A DNA stretch of 51,123 nucleotides from Pseudomonadota bacterium (GTDB lineage: Bacteria; Vulcanimicrobiota; Xenobia; RGZZ01): assembly GCA_010028905.1 (NCBI GenBank), contig RGZZ01000001.1, positions 1 through 51,123 on the forward strand, in the 5' to 3' direction. Below the pieces are notes generated by a model. The model was not told the DNA's origin. It did not search any database and worked only from the letters and a program-made list of their open reading frames with translations. Shown here piece after piece: positions 38,298-46,433 of the stretch (positions are counted from its first letter, which is position 1; the number at the start of each line of letters is the position of its first letter). The translations under genes and the position numbers were made by a program.

Positions 38298-39302
38298 TCA
38301 GGCCAGGAACCAGTGGTCGCGTCCTTCCACGCGTCCCTGGGCCGAGAGCTCGGCCCGTATCTGCTCACGGGCGCCCGCGACGCCCACGGCCACGAGCAGG
38401 GGCAGGCGCCGCGCGGTCTCGTCGTCGGTCGACACGACCGGTATGCCGTCGATGCGCTGTCCGATGCGGTCCGGGTCTACATCGACGATGCGCTGCACGT
38501 CCCACCCGAGCGTTCGCATGCGTCGCATAAGCTGCCGCCCGGTGGGTCCTCCCCCTCGAAGGGCCACCGCCCCGGGCACCTGCGCGCGCAGGTGCGCGAG
38601 CTTGCATCTGATGATGGCGTCGACGCTGCAGACCGGGCTTGTTCGGGTGTATCGCTCCGCGCGCTCGCACCAGAAGAACAGGGTTTGCGGCACCTTTGCG
38701 AAGCGCGCGCCTCGAAGGTGCAGGCGCAGGAAGAGGTCGTAGTCTTCTGGCCAGCCATTGTCGATGTAGCCGCCGGCCGCGATCAGCGCTGCGCGACGCA
38801 TCATCACGGATGGATGCGCCACCGGGCTCTCGACGAAGAAGTCCGCCGCGATACGCTCAGGCGTGATGAGGCTGTTGAGCCACGCCTCATAGCGCAGCAG
38901 TCCGACGCGCAGCACCCGTCTGGGGAACAGGCGCACGAAGCAAGACACCACGTCGATGTCCGGGTGGGCCGAGAGCCAGGCCAGCTGCGCTGCTAGCCGA
39001 TCGCGATGGCATGCATCGTCGCCGTCCATGCGGGCGACCACGGGCGCGCGGCATTGCTCGAGACCGCGGTTCAGCGCCGAGACGAGGCCGCCATGCGCCT
39101 GTGCCGACACGACGAACCGCTCGTCTGCCTGCGCGAAGCGCTCCGCGATCTGGCGGGAGCCGTCTGTGGAGCCGTCATCGACGATGACGCACTCCCAGTC
39201 GGTGAGACGCTGCCGCTGCAGGCTTCGCAAGGCGCGCGCCAGTCGAGGGGCTTCGTTGCGGACGGGGAGGAGAACGCTCACGCGGGGGAGGGAGAACGGC
39301 AT
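38298..39302 (-). CDS. Family 2 glycosyltransferase with a C-terminal Rossmann-like extension
   Basis: Start trimmed to ATG 39302. VSVLLPVRNE…VIVDDGSTDGS…ARMDGDD are GT2 motifs. The C-terminal ~100 aa (GGGPTGRQL…VDVDPDRIGQRIDGIPVV) resemble a nucleotide-binding domain. Confidence 0.82.
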   Translation of the reverse strand: MPFSLPRVSVLLPVRNEAPRLARALRSLQRQRLTDWECVIVDDGSTDGSRQIAERFAQADERFVVSAQAHGGLVSALNRGLEQCRAPVVARMDGDDACHRDRLAAQLAWLSAHPDIDVVSCFVRLFPRRVLRVGLLRYEAWLNSLITPERIAADFFVESPVAHPSVMMRRAALIAAGGYIDNGWPEDYDLFLRLHLRGARFAKVPQTLFFWCERAERYTRTSPVCSVDAIIRCKLAHLRAQVPGAVALRGGGPTGRQLMRRMRTLGWDVQRIVDVDPDRIGQRIDGIPVVSTDDETARRLPLLVAVGVAGAREQIRAELSAQGRVEGRDHWFLA

Positions 39303-39398
39303 CTGCGCTGCGATTTCGGGTTCGAGGCCTTCGGTCCTGGCAGGCCGGCGACCCGAGCCAGGATACGTCGGAGAGGTGACGAGGCGGTGTCGACCTCG

Positions 39399-40313
39399 AT
39401 GGCGAACGAGAGCAGCATGATCACGCATGCCGTTGAACCCCCTGACCTCGAAGCCGTCGTCTCCGCCGCTCGGGCGCGCATCGTCGCTGCCGGCGACCTC
39501 CCCCACGTCACGGTCGACGAGCAGCTCGCGCTGCTCGAGGGGCTCACCGAGTTCCCCATGGGCCGGTTCATGCTGGTCAACCGCGGATGGAACGGCTGGT
39601 TCACCGGCTTCGCGGTGGTGTATCACCCGACCGTGGGGCGTGAGAAGGGGGCCGACGAGAGCGGCCGCCCCTACACGGCGCTCGAGCGGAGAATGCTCGA
39701 GCTCCCCTTGTGTCGCGCCACGCAGGAGCGCTTCGTCGTGTTCCAGCGCGCCCTGCAGGCCAGGGTGCGTGATGGGGCTCGCCTGGGCTCACTCCCCTGC
39801 GGTCTCATGGACGACCTGCTCTCCCTCGACTTCAGCGGGGTCGGCGAGTTCGAGCTCGTGGGCATCGATCTCGACGCAGAATCGCTGCGCCAGGCTGCCG
39901 CCAACGCCGAGCGGCGCGGCCTGTTCTCGCGCGCCGCGTTCCGACGGGAGGATGGCTGGGATCGGGGTGACGACGAGCTCGACGTGCTCACCAGCAACGG
40001 CTTGAACATCTACGAGCCGGATGATGCGCGGGTCGTGGCCCTCTACCGCGCGTTCCGCCATCGAATCCGTAAAGGAGGCACGCTCGTCACGAGTGCGCTC
40101 ACGACGGCAGATGAGTGGGACGGCACCGCGATTGACGCAGACGAGGCGAGGCTGCAGCGCATTCTGTTCGCGGACGTAATCGGGGTGCGGTTCAGCTGCC
40201 TTCGAACCGAAGCCCAGACTCGCGCCCAGCTGGGTGAGGCCGGGTTCGAGGTCGAAGACGTGACGTATGACCGCGCGCGCCTCTTCCCCACGTTTGTGGC
40301 GAAGCGTCGCTGA
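39399..40313 (+). CDS. Class I SAM-dependent methyltransferase
   Basis: Start trimmed to ATG 39399. LGSLPCGLMDD…VGIDLD…SNGLNIYEPDD… follows the spacing of methyltransferase motifs I-III. Divergent from the GT2 gene. Confidence 0.72.
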   Translation: MANESSMITHAVEPPDLEAVVSAARARIVAAGDLPHVTVDEQLALLEGLTEFPMGRFMLVNRGWNGWFTGFAVVYHPTVGREKGADESGRPYTALERRMLELPLCRATQERFVVFQRALQARVRDGARLGSLPCGLMDDLLSLDFSGVGEFELVGIDLDAESLRQAAANAERRGLFSRAAFRREDGWDRGDDELDVLTSNGLNIYEPDDARVVALYRAFRHRIRKGGTLVTSALTTADEWDGTAIDADEARLQRILFADVIGVRFSCLRTEAQTRAQLGEAGFEVEDVTYDRARLFPTFVAKRR

Positions 40314-40319
40314 CGCGGT

Positions 40320-40742
40320 CTACTTCAGCAGGATGCCGCTGGTGACGTACTGGGGGTAGCCCGGGCTGCACAGGTCAGAGACCACGGTGGAGTGCACGCC
40401 CTGGCAGAACAGGGTGAACATGGTGCCGGTGCTGTACGAGTAGGTGTAGGTCGCGCCGTTGCTTGGGCAGATGATGTTCGAAGGCAGGTAGGGACGGGTG
40501 CCAGACGTGGCCGTGGTGAGCAGCGTCAGGGCGCTGGGCAGCTGCTGGCCGTTGTCGTTGGCGTAGAGGTTGACGGCCTTGGCGATGGTGTTCAGGTTGC
40601 CCTGGCAGGCCGTGAACTGGGCCACGAAGCGGGCTCGCGCGAAGCGAGGCATGAGGATGGCGGCCAGCAGGCCGATGATGACGAGTACCGTGAGCAGTTC
40701 GACGAGGGTGAAGCCTCGTGCCGAGCGACGTTTCAAATGCAT
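40320..40742 (-). CDS. Prepilin-type N-terminal cleavage/methylation domain protein (type IV pilin / pseudopilin-like), paralog 1
   Basis: MHLKRRSARG|FTLVELLTVLVIIGLLAAIL is a class III signal peptide. GGAGG lies 10 nt upstream of ATG 40742. Four conserved Cys. Confidence 0.85.
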   Translation of the reverse strand: MHLKRRSARGFTLVELLTVLVIIGLLAAILMPRFARARFVAQFTACQGNLNTIAKAVNLYANDNGQQLPSALTLLTTATSGTRPYLPSNIICPSNGATYTYSYSTGTMFTLFCQGVHSTVVSDLCSPGYPQYVTSGILLK

Positions 40743-40860
40743 GCCAGACAAGCCTCCGCAAGCGCTTTTCTGGCATGTTTTTGCGGAGGCTCCTGAAATC
40801 CTTCAGGGTCTTTTACTCTGTTCTGCTTGCGCGTCTACGTAACGAGAGACGCGCAATGGG

Positions 40861-41295
40861 TCATTTCAGCACGATTCCGCTGGTGACGTACTGTGGGTAT
40901 CCTGCACCGCACAGGTCGGAGACCACGGTGGAGTGAACGCCCTGGCAGTACAGTGTGAAGAGGGTGCCGGTGCTGTAGGCATAGGTGTACGACGCACCAT
41001 TGCTCGGACAGTTGAGCTTGTTTGGAAGGTAGGGTCGGGTGCCAGACGTGGCCGTGGTGAGCAGCGTCAGGGTACTGGGCAGCTGCTGACCGTTGTCGTT
41101 GGCGTAGAGGTTGACGGCCTTGGCGACGGTGTTCATGTTGCCCTGGCAGGCCGTGAACTGGGCCACGAAGCGGGCTCGCGCGAAGCGAGGCATGAGGATG
41201 GCGGCCAGCAGGCCGATGATGACGAGTACGGTAAGGAGCTCCACGAGTGTGAAGCCACGCTGCTGGTGCCGCGTCGTTCGGCATGCTGCCGTCAT
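40861..41295 (-). CDS. Prepilin-type N-terminal cleavage/methylation domain protein, paralog 2
   Basis: MTAACRTTRHQQRG|FTLVELLTVLVIIGLLAAIL. AAGGAGG lies 7 nt upstream. Highly similar to paralog 1 along its whole length. Confidence 0.85.
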   Translation of the reverse strand: MTAACRTTRHQQRGFTLVELLTVLVIIGLLAAILMPRFARARFVAQFTACQGNMNTVAKAVNLYANDNGQQLPSTLTLLTTATSGTRPYLPNKLNCPSNGASYTYAYSTGTLFTLYCQGVHSTVVSDLCGAGYPQYVTSGIVLK

Positions 41296-41352
41296 GTCGC
41301 TTGCCTCCTTGCTATCTGCTCTGGGGGCTGTCTTTCTGTCTTAGACCTGGCC

Positions 41353-41404
41353 AACCAGGAATGGAATCCTGGTTGAAGTAAGTTTTCTGTAAAGTTTCTT
41401 TACA
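41353..41404. promoter_or_regulatory. Two inverted repeats in the divergent promoter region upstream of pilin paralog 2
   Basis: AACCAGGA-atggaa-TCCTGGTT at 41353-41374 and TGTAAAG-ttt-CTTTACA at 41388-41404, within an unusually AT-rich stretch. Confidence 0.35.
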
Positions 41405-41465
41405 AACCTCATTGGCGCCACGATGAACAGCCCGAGTGCTGTGGCAGGGTTTGGTTCCAGGAGTG

Positions 41466-41936
41466 ATGAATACAGCCCCCATGGCAAAGCAGAGCGTCTC
41501 CTTCTCCTCCGGATTGACCCAGAAAGCCATGATTCTCGGCGTCGCGCCCGTGATCGTGGCCTTGTACTCCATCTGGAACGGTGTGTACTACATCAACAAG
41601 TTCCCCGGCGCGGGAAACCTGCCGTTCCTGCTGCTGTTCAGCATCCTGCCGCTCGTCTTCGGAATCGGCATCGTGGCCTTCACGGCCTTCGTCATCTCGA
41701 AGAACCTGGGGAGAAAGCTCGTCATCAATCCCGACGGGCTCGTCTACACACACGGCAAGGAGAGCGTCGCGTTCTCGTGGGCGCTGGCCGCGTTCTCCCT
41801 GCCGCGCACCGGGAAGCTCTACCGCACGCTGGCCATCACCGATGGCAAGAAGGTGGTTCGCGTCGAGGAGCTGTTCTTCAACGATTTCGACCACATTGCG
41901 CAGACCGTCGCCGACGCCAAGGGCGGCAAGCGCTGA
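41466..41936 (+). CDS. Membrane protein, two TM helices plus a small cytoplasmic domain (possibly PH-like)
   Basis: TM segments MILGVAPVIVALYSIW and LPFLLLFSILPLVFGIGIVAFTAFVI. Good codon usage. Start ambiguous (GTG 41436, ATG 41466 or ATG 41481) and none has a well-spaced SD. Confidence 0.5.
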   Translation: MNTAPMAKQSVSFSSGLTQKAMILGVAPVIVALYSIWNGVYYINKFPGAGNLPFLLLFSILPLVFGIGIVAFTAFVISKNLGRKLVINPDGLVYTHGKESVAFSWALAAFSLPRTGKLYRTLAITDGKKVVRVEELFFNDFDHIAQTVADAKGGKR

Positions 41937-41960
41937 GCGCTTGCCGCAAGCGGCGTTCTC

Positions 41961-42722
41961 TCACTCCTCGGCTTCGCGGCGCTTGCGCATGATCGACCAG
42001 GTGATGGCCGCCGCGGGAACAGCCGTGAACAGGTAGGCGGCTGCGAGCCATGGGCCGCTTCCCCACAAAACCCAGCCTTCCACCGCGAACGCGGCGATGC
42101 AGGCGGCCATGACGGTCAGCCACGTGCTCACGGGCCTTCTCGGAAAGCGGTCGACCAGGCACTGGCCAGACAGACCGTCGACAATGATGCGGTAGGAGCG
42201 CCCGTTGTAGTTATACGGGAACTCGAAGAGGGGCACGCGTATCAGCCAGGTCTGAAGCCCGTCTTCCTCTGTGCCACCGACCTGGGACAGGGCAGACTCG
42301 AGGGGCACGGTGGGCGCGGCCGTCTCCTCGTCACCGTCGTAGCTGGGTTCCGGCACGACGAAGCGGGCGGGGATCTCGACGTTTCGCAGCTCTCGGAGCA
42401 CGGTCTTGACGGCGGGCACGAGGCTCTGGCGATCGTATCCGATCTCCCCGCCACTGAAGCTCCAGAAAAGGAACTCATAGGCCTTTGCCTGGCCGAACGC
42501 CATCTCGCCGTTCAGCTTCGCGGGACCGGCCTGCGCCTCCATCCAGCCCTTCATGAGGGCCGTGGCCTCGATGAGGTCGAGGGTCGGGCGTAGGCGGAAG
42601 AACGGCACGAGGCGGTCGTCACAGGCAAACGCCGCCTGGTTGCAGTTGAAGCATCGCACGAAGGTGGAGCCTTCGTCGACGACCACCGTGTTGCCGCACT
42701 GGGTGCAGGGAAGCACCGGCAT
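41961..42722 (-). CDS. Zinc-ribbon protein with two C-terminal TM helices, unknown function
   Basis: N-terminal CTQCG-x14-CFNC Zn ribbon. C-terminal helices VSTWLTVMAACIAAFAVEGWVLW and PWLAAAYLFTAVPAAAITWSI. Confidence 0.65.
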   Translation of the reverse strand: MPVLPCTQCGNTVVVDEGSTFVRCFNCNQAAFACDDRLVPFFRLRPTLDLIEATALMKGWMEAQAGPAKLNGEMAFGQAKAYEFLFWSFSGGEIGYDRQSLVPAVKTVLRELRNVEIPARFVVPEPSYDGDEETAAPTVPLESALSQVGGTEEDGLQTWLIRVPLFEFPYNYNGRSYRIIVDGLSGQCLVDRFPRRPVSTWLTVMAACIAAFAVEGWVLWGSGPWLAAAYLFTAVPAAAITWSIMRKRREAEE

Positions 42723-42952
42723 ACCTCCGTTGCCGGTGGAACCGGCCTTCTCTAGGATTGGAGCATTCCCACCGAGGTCCTGCTTCGCGCGATGTCGCGG
42801 TGCTCACCAAGCCTGCGTGGCGGTGGGGCACGAGGCGCCTCCTCTCGGTGCGGGCTGAAGAGGCGCAGGGAGGACTTTTGCCCCTCTTCCTTAACTCTCC
42901 CTCGGCTTTTCCTGAGGCGTCGCCTCGGAACAAGGGCCGTCAATGACAAGCG

Positions 42953-43555
42953 ATGACCGCCACGTGGTCTCGCTGCGCAAAGGTGACCGCAGTGTCCAGA
43001 CTCGTTCTTGCATTCAAGATGTTCTTTCTCATCATCTTCAACGGAGCCATTGCCGACGCTGTGCGGCAGGCCTATGAGGCCGTACGCGCGGGCAGGCAGA
43101 TCCCCACGGCCGCCGCGCCGCCTCCGTCGAAGGAAGGAGCCGGCAAGAAGCCGGGCAAGGGGCCATCGGCCGAGCCTGGGCTCGGCGCCGTGGCGGCCGT
43201 GCTCTCGCTGCTGCAGCGCGAGGCCCGTTTCGTCGACTTCCTCATGGAAGACATCGATGGCTACAGCGACGCCCAGGTGGGCGCGGCCTCGAAGGGCGTG
43301 CACCGCGGCTGTCGCAAGGCGCTGCGCGAGTACATCGAGCTGCAGCCCGTGCGGGTCGAGAAAGAGGGCGACAACCTCACCGTCGAGGTCGGTTTCGACG
43401 CCAGCGCCATTCGACTCGTGGGCAATGTCACGGGCGATCCGCCGTTCAAGGGGCGCCTCGTGCACCCGGGATGGCGCGTGGTGAAGGCCAGCGTGCCCAC
43501 CCCGCCCGCTTCGCAGGATGAGACCATCGTGATGCCCGCCGAGGTCGAGATCTAG
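42953..43555 (+). CDS. DUF2760 domain protein
   Basis: LLQREARFVDFLMEDIDGYSDAQVGAASKGVHRGCRKALREY … GDPPFKGRLVHPGW … VMPAEVEI matches my recollection of the DUF2760 family. N-terminus is amphipathic (RLVLAFKMFFLIIFNG). The true start may be GTG 42992 (AAGGTG upstream), giving MSRLVLAF…. Confidence 0.75.
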   Translation: MTATWSRCAKVTAVSRLVLAFKMFFLIIFNGAIADAVRQAYEAVRAGRQIPTAAAPPPSKEGAGKKPGKGPSAEPGLGAVAAVLSLLQREARFVDFLMEDIDGYSDAQVGAASKGVHRGCRKALREYIELQPVRVEKEGDNLTVEVGFDASAIRLVGNVTGDPPFKGRLVHPGWRVVKASVPTPPASQDETIVMPAEVEI

Positions 43556-43558
43556 CGG

Positions 43559-46390
43559 TTGGCTCGCAGCAGCCGGTACATCATCGGCATCGACCTGGGC
43601 ACCACCAACTCTGCCATCGCCTATGTCGAGCGCCGTCGCCACGAAGCGGCCGTGGTCACGCCCTTCCCCGTCACGCAGCGCGTCTCTGAGCATCAGGTGG
43701 CCGCGCGGCGCACCGTGCCGTCGTTCCTCTACCTGCCAGGCGAGCACGAGCTGCCGCCCCAGGCGCTCTCCCTTCCCTGGACCGATGACGTCACCAACGT
43801 GGTGGGCGAGTTTGCTCGCGCCCAGGGCGCCCGCATCCCCACGCGCCTGGTGAAATCGGCCAAGTCGTGGCTGTGCCATGCCCGCGCCGATCGCACGGGC
43901 CCCATCTTGCCGTGGGACGCGCCGCCCGACGTGCAGCGCGTCTCGCCGGTCGAGGCCTCGGCGCGCTACCTGGCCCACGTTCGTGACGCCTGGGACCATC
44001 AGTTCGGCAAGCAGGCCCGCTTCCAGGACCAGGAGGTCGTGCTCTGCGTGCCCGCCAGCTTCAACGAGGTGGCGCGTGAGCTCACCGTGCAGGCCGCGGG
44101 TCTGGCCGGCATGGAGGACATCACCCTGCTCGAAGAGCCGCAGGCGGCCTTCTACGCCTGGCTCGATCGTCATCGCGACGACTGGCTCGGCCCCCTCGCC
44201 GAGGCGCGCAGCATTCTCGTCTGCGACATCGGTGGGGGCACTACCGACTTCACCATGATCGACGTCACGCAAGAGGGCGATGTCCCTGCGCTTCGTCGCG
44301 TGGCGGTGGGCGAGCACATCATGCTGGGCGGCGACAACATGGATCTGGCCATCGCCCACGTGGTCGAGCAGGCCTTGGGGGAGCGCTACGACTCGCGCTC
44401 CTGGGGGGTGCTGGTGCACGAGTGCCGCGGTGCCAAGGAGGCGCTGCTCGCGCCAGACGCGCCGGAAGAGTTCACCGTGGCCATCGCGGGAAGGGGCAGC
44501 CGTCTCATCGGAGGCGCCACCACGGTTGGGCTGCCGCGTGACGACGTGCGCCAGATCATTCTCGAGGGCTTCTTCCCCCTGTCTCCCTACGGTCAAGATC
44601 CCAGTGTGGCGCGACGCAGCGCCCTTGCCGAGTGGGGGCTGCCCTACGCCTCCGATCCCGCGGTGTCGCATCATCTGTCGGCCTTCCTGCGCCACCAGGG
44701 CGGCATCGAAGACCCCTCGCGCATTCCCGACGTGGTGCTGTTCAACGGCGCCGCGCTCGAGCCCGAGATCTTGCGCGAGCGGGTGCTCGACGTCATGCAG
44801 GGCTGGTCGGGGCATCGGCCGCGGGCCCTGCCCCATCACGACCTCGAGCTGGCCGTGGCGCGCGGCGCCGCATACTTCGGATGGGTGCGCGAGAACGGCG
44901 GCCTGCGCATCGCGGGCGGCACGGCCCGGGCCTACTACGTGGGCATCGCGGGCGGTCCGCCGCCCCAGGCCGCATGCCTCATCCCCCGCGGACTCGAGGA
45001 AGGGCAGAGCGTCGAGATCACCGAGCCGGAGTTCAAGGTGGTGGTCGATCGGCCGGTGGCGTTCCCGCTGTACACCTCGAGCGTTCGCCACGGCGACGGT
45101 GCGGGCGACCTCGTGACCCTCGACAGCGAGAACTTTCAGGGGCTGCCGCCCCTGGCCACGGTGCTGGGCACGAAGCGCCGCGAGTCCGCGCGCGCGGGCG
45201 CAAGCGCGGCCGATCGCGCCGCGGAACCGGCCGAGGGCGCGGCCGATGCAGACGCACCTCTCGAGGCCTCAGAAGAGATGTCGGTGCATCTGCGCGCGCG
45301 GGTCACCGAGATCGGCACCCTCGAGCTCTGGTGCGTCGGGCGCGAGAGCAGCCGCAAGTGGCGCCTGCAGTTCGAGCTGCGCGGCGCGGCCGAGGTGGCG
45401 GTGGGCTCTGCATCGGTGGCCGCGGCGCCCACCGAAGATCCGGTGGCGGTGCGCCAGGCGTGCCAGCGCATCGTCGAGACCTTCAGCGTCAAGCCCACGC
45501 GCATGTCGGCCTCTGACCTCAAGCCTCGCGGCCTCATGTGGGCCCTCGAGGAGACGTTGCGCGAGAAGCGCGATGGCTGGTCGCTGGGGCTGCTGCGTGA
45601 CGTGTGGGAAGCCCTCGATCGGGTGAAGCACCGCCGTCGCAGCAGCGCCGAGCACGAGGGGCCGTGGCTCAACATGTGTGGCTTCTCGCTGCGCCCGGGC
45701 TTCGGCTACCCGCTCGATGACTGGCGGGTGAACCGCACGTGGGCGCTGTTCGAGCATGGGTTGCAGTTCCCCAGAACAATCAACGGGCGACTCGAGTGGT
45801 GGGTGCTGTGGCGACGCATCGCGGGAGGGCTCGACCGCGATCGCCAGCGCGCGGTGCTCGACGAGCTGGCGCCGCATCTGCTCAGCGGGCTGAAGCATGT
45901 GAAGACGCGTCTCGGGCCGCCGGCGAGCAGCGCCGAGTGGAGCGAGATCATGCGCCTGGCGGCGTCGCTCGAGCGCGTTGACGCGGGGGTGAAGCAGCGT
46001 CTCGGGCAGGCGGCCATCGAGCGCCTCGAGAAGCGCCCGGGCAGCCTCGAGTACTGGATGCTGGCGCGTCTCGGCGCCCGCGTCTCGCTAGCCGCCAGCC
46101 CGCAGTTCTGCGTGCCGCCAGACGTGGTCGAGGAATGGATCCGCTTCCTGCTCGCGCAGGGTTGGAAGGATCCGCGCATGGCCGGTTTCGCCGTCACCCA
46201 GATGGGGCGCCTTACGGGCGATCGAGCGCGCGACCTGCCCGAAGACGTGCGCCTGGCGGCGGTGAAGCGGCTGCGCGAGGAGCAGCTCGATGCGCTCACC
46301 GCGCCGCTGCTCGATCTGGTCGAGCTGGCTGACGACGAGAAGGCCACATTCGCGGGCGAGTCGCTGCCTGTGGGCCTTCGCATCGCGTAA
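43559..46390 (+). CDS. Non-canonical Hsp70 family ATPase with a long helical C-terminal extension (943 aa)
   Basis: IIGIDLGTTNSAIAY, VLCVPASFNEVARELTVQAAGLAG and ILVCDIGGGTTDFTMIDV are Hsp70/actin-fold motifs. TTG start lies 3 nt after the DUF2760 stop. The C-terminal ~450 aa are unlike a DnaK substrate-binding domain. Confidence 0.88.
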   Translation: MARSSRYIIGIDLGTTNSAIAYVERRRHEAAVVTPFPVTQRVSEHQVAARRTVPSFLYLPGEHELPPQALSLPWTDDVTNVVGEFARAQGARIPTRLVKSAKSWLCHARADRTGPILPWDAPPDVQRVSPVEASARYLAHVRDAWDHQFGKQARFQDQEVVLCVPASFNEVARELTVQAAGLAGMEDITLLEEPQAAFYAWLDRHRDDWLGPLAEARSILVCDIGGGTTDFTMIDVTQEGDVPALRRVAVGEHIMLGGDNMDLAIAHVVEQALGERYDSRSWGVLVHECRGAKEALLAPDAPEEFTVAIAGRGSRLIGGATTVGLPRDDVRQIILEGFFPLSPYGQDPSVARRSALAEWGLPYASDPAVSHHLSAFLRHQGGIEDPSRIPDVVLFNGAALEPEILRERVLDVMQGWSGHRPRALPHHDLELAVARGAAYFGWVRENGGLRIAGGTARAYYVGIAGGPPPQAACLIPRGLEEGQSVEITEPEFKVVVDRPVAFPLYTSSVRHGDGAGDLVTLDSENFQGLPPLATVLGTKRRESARAGASAADRAAEPAEGAADADAPLEASEEMSVHLRARVTEIGTLELWCVGRESSRKWRLQFELRGAAEVAVGSASVAAAPTEDPVAVRQACQRIVETFSVKPTRMSASDLKPRGLMWALEETLREKRDGWSLGLLRDVWEALDRVKHRRRSSAEHEGPWLNMCGFSLRPGFGYPLDDWRVNRTWALFEHGLQFPRTINGRLEWWVLWRRIAGGLDRDRQRAVLDELAPHLLSGLKHVKTRLGPPASSAEWSEIMRLAASLERVDAGVKQRLGQAAIERLEKRPGSLEYWMLARLGARVSLAASPQFCVPPDVVEEWIRFLLAQGWKDPRMAGFAVTQMGRLTGDRARDLPEDVRLAAVKRLREEQLDALTAPLLDLVELADDEKATFAGESLPVGLRIA

Positions 46391-46433
46391 CGCTCACGGG
46401 CGATGTTTCTGCATGAGCAATGAGGAGAAGGCA

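Larger units (their letters stand above)
40320..41295 (-). repeat. Tandem gene duplication (541-nt offset) of the pilin-like gene
   Basis: 40600-40688 is identical to 41141-41229 (89 nt). About 220 nt around it differ at only a handful of positions. Confidence 0.85.

Noticed and set aside
42752-45091. 779-aa ORF on the minus strand opposite the DUF2760 and Hsp70 genes
   Set aside because: It is an antisense shadow ORF. The translation is Arg/Gly/Ala/His-rich with no recognisable motifs, while the plus strand encodes clear Hsp70 and DUF2760 motifs. Long open antisense frames are expected at this GC content.
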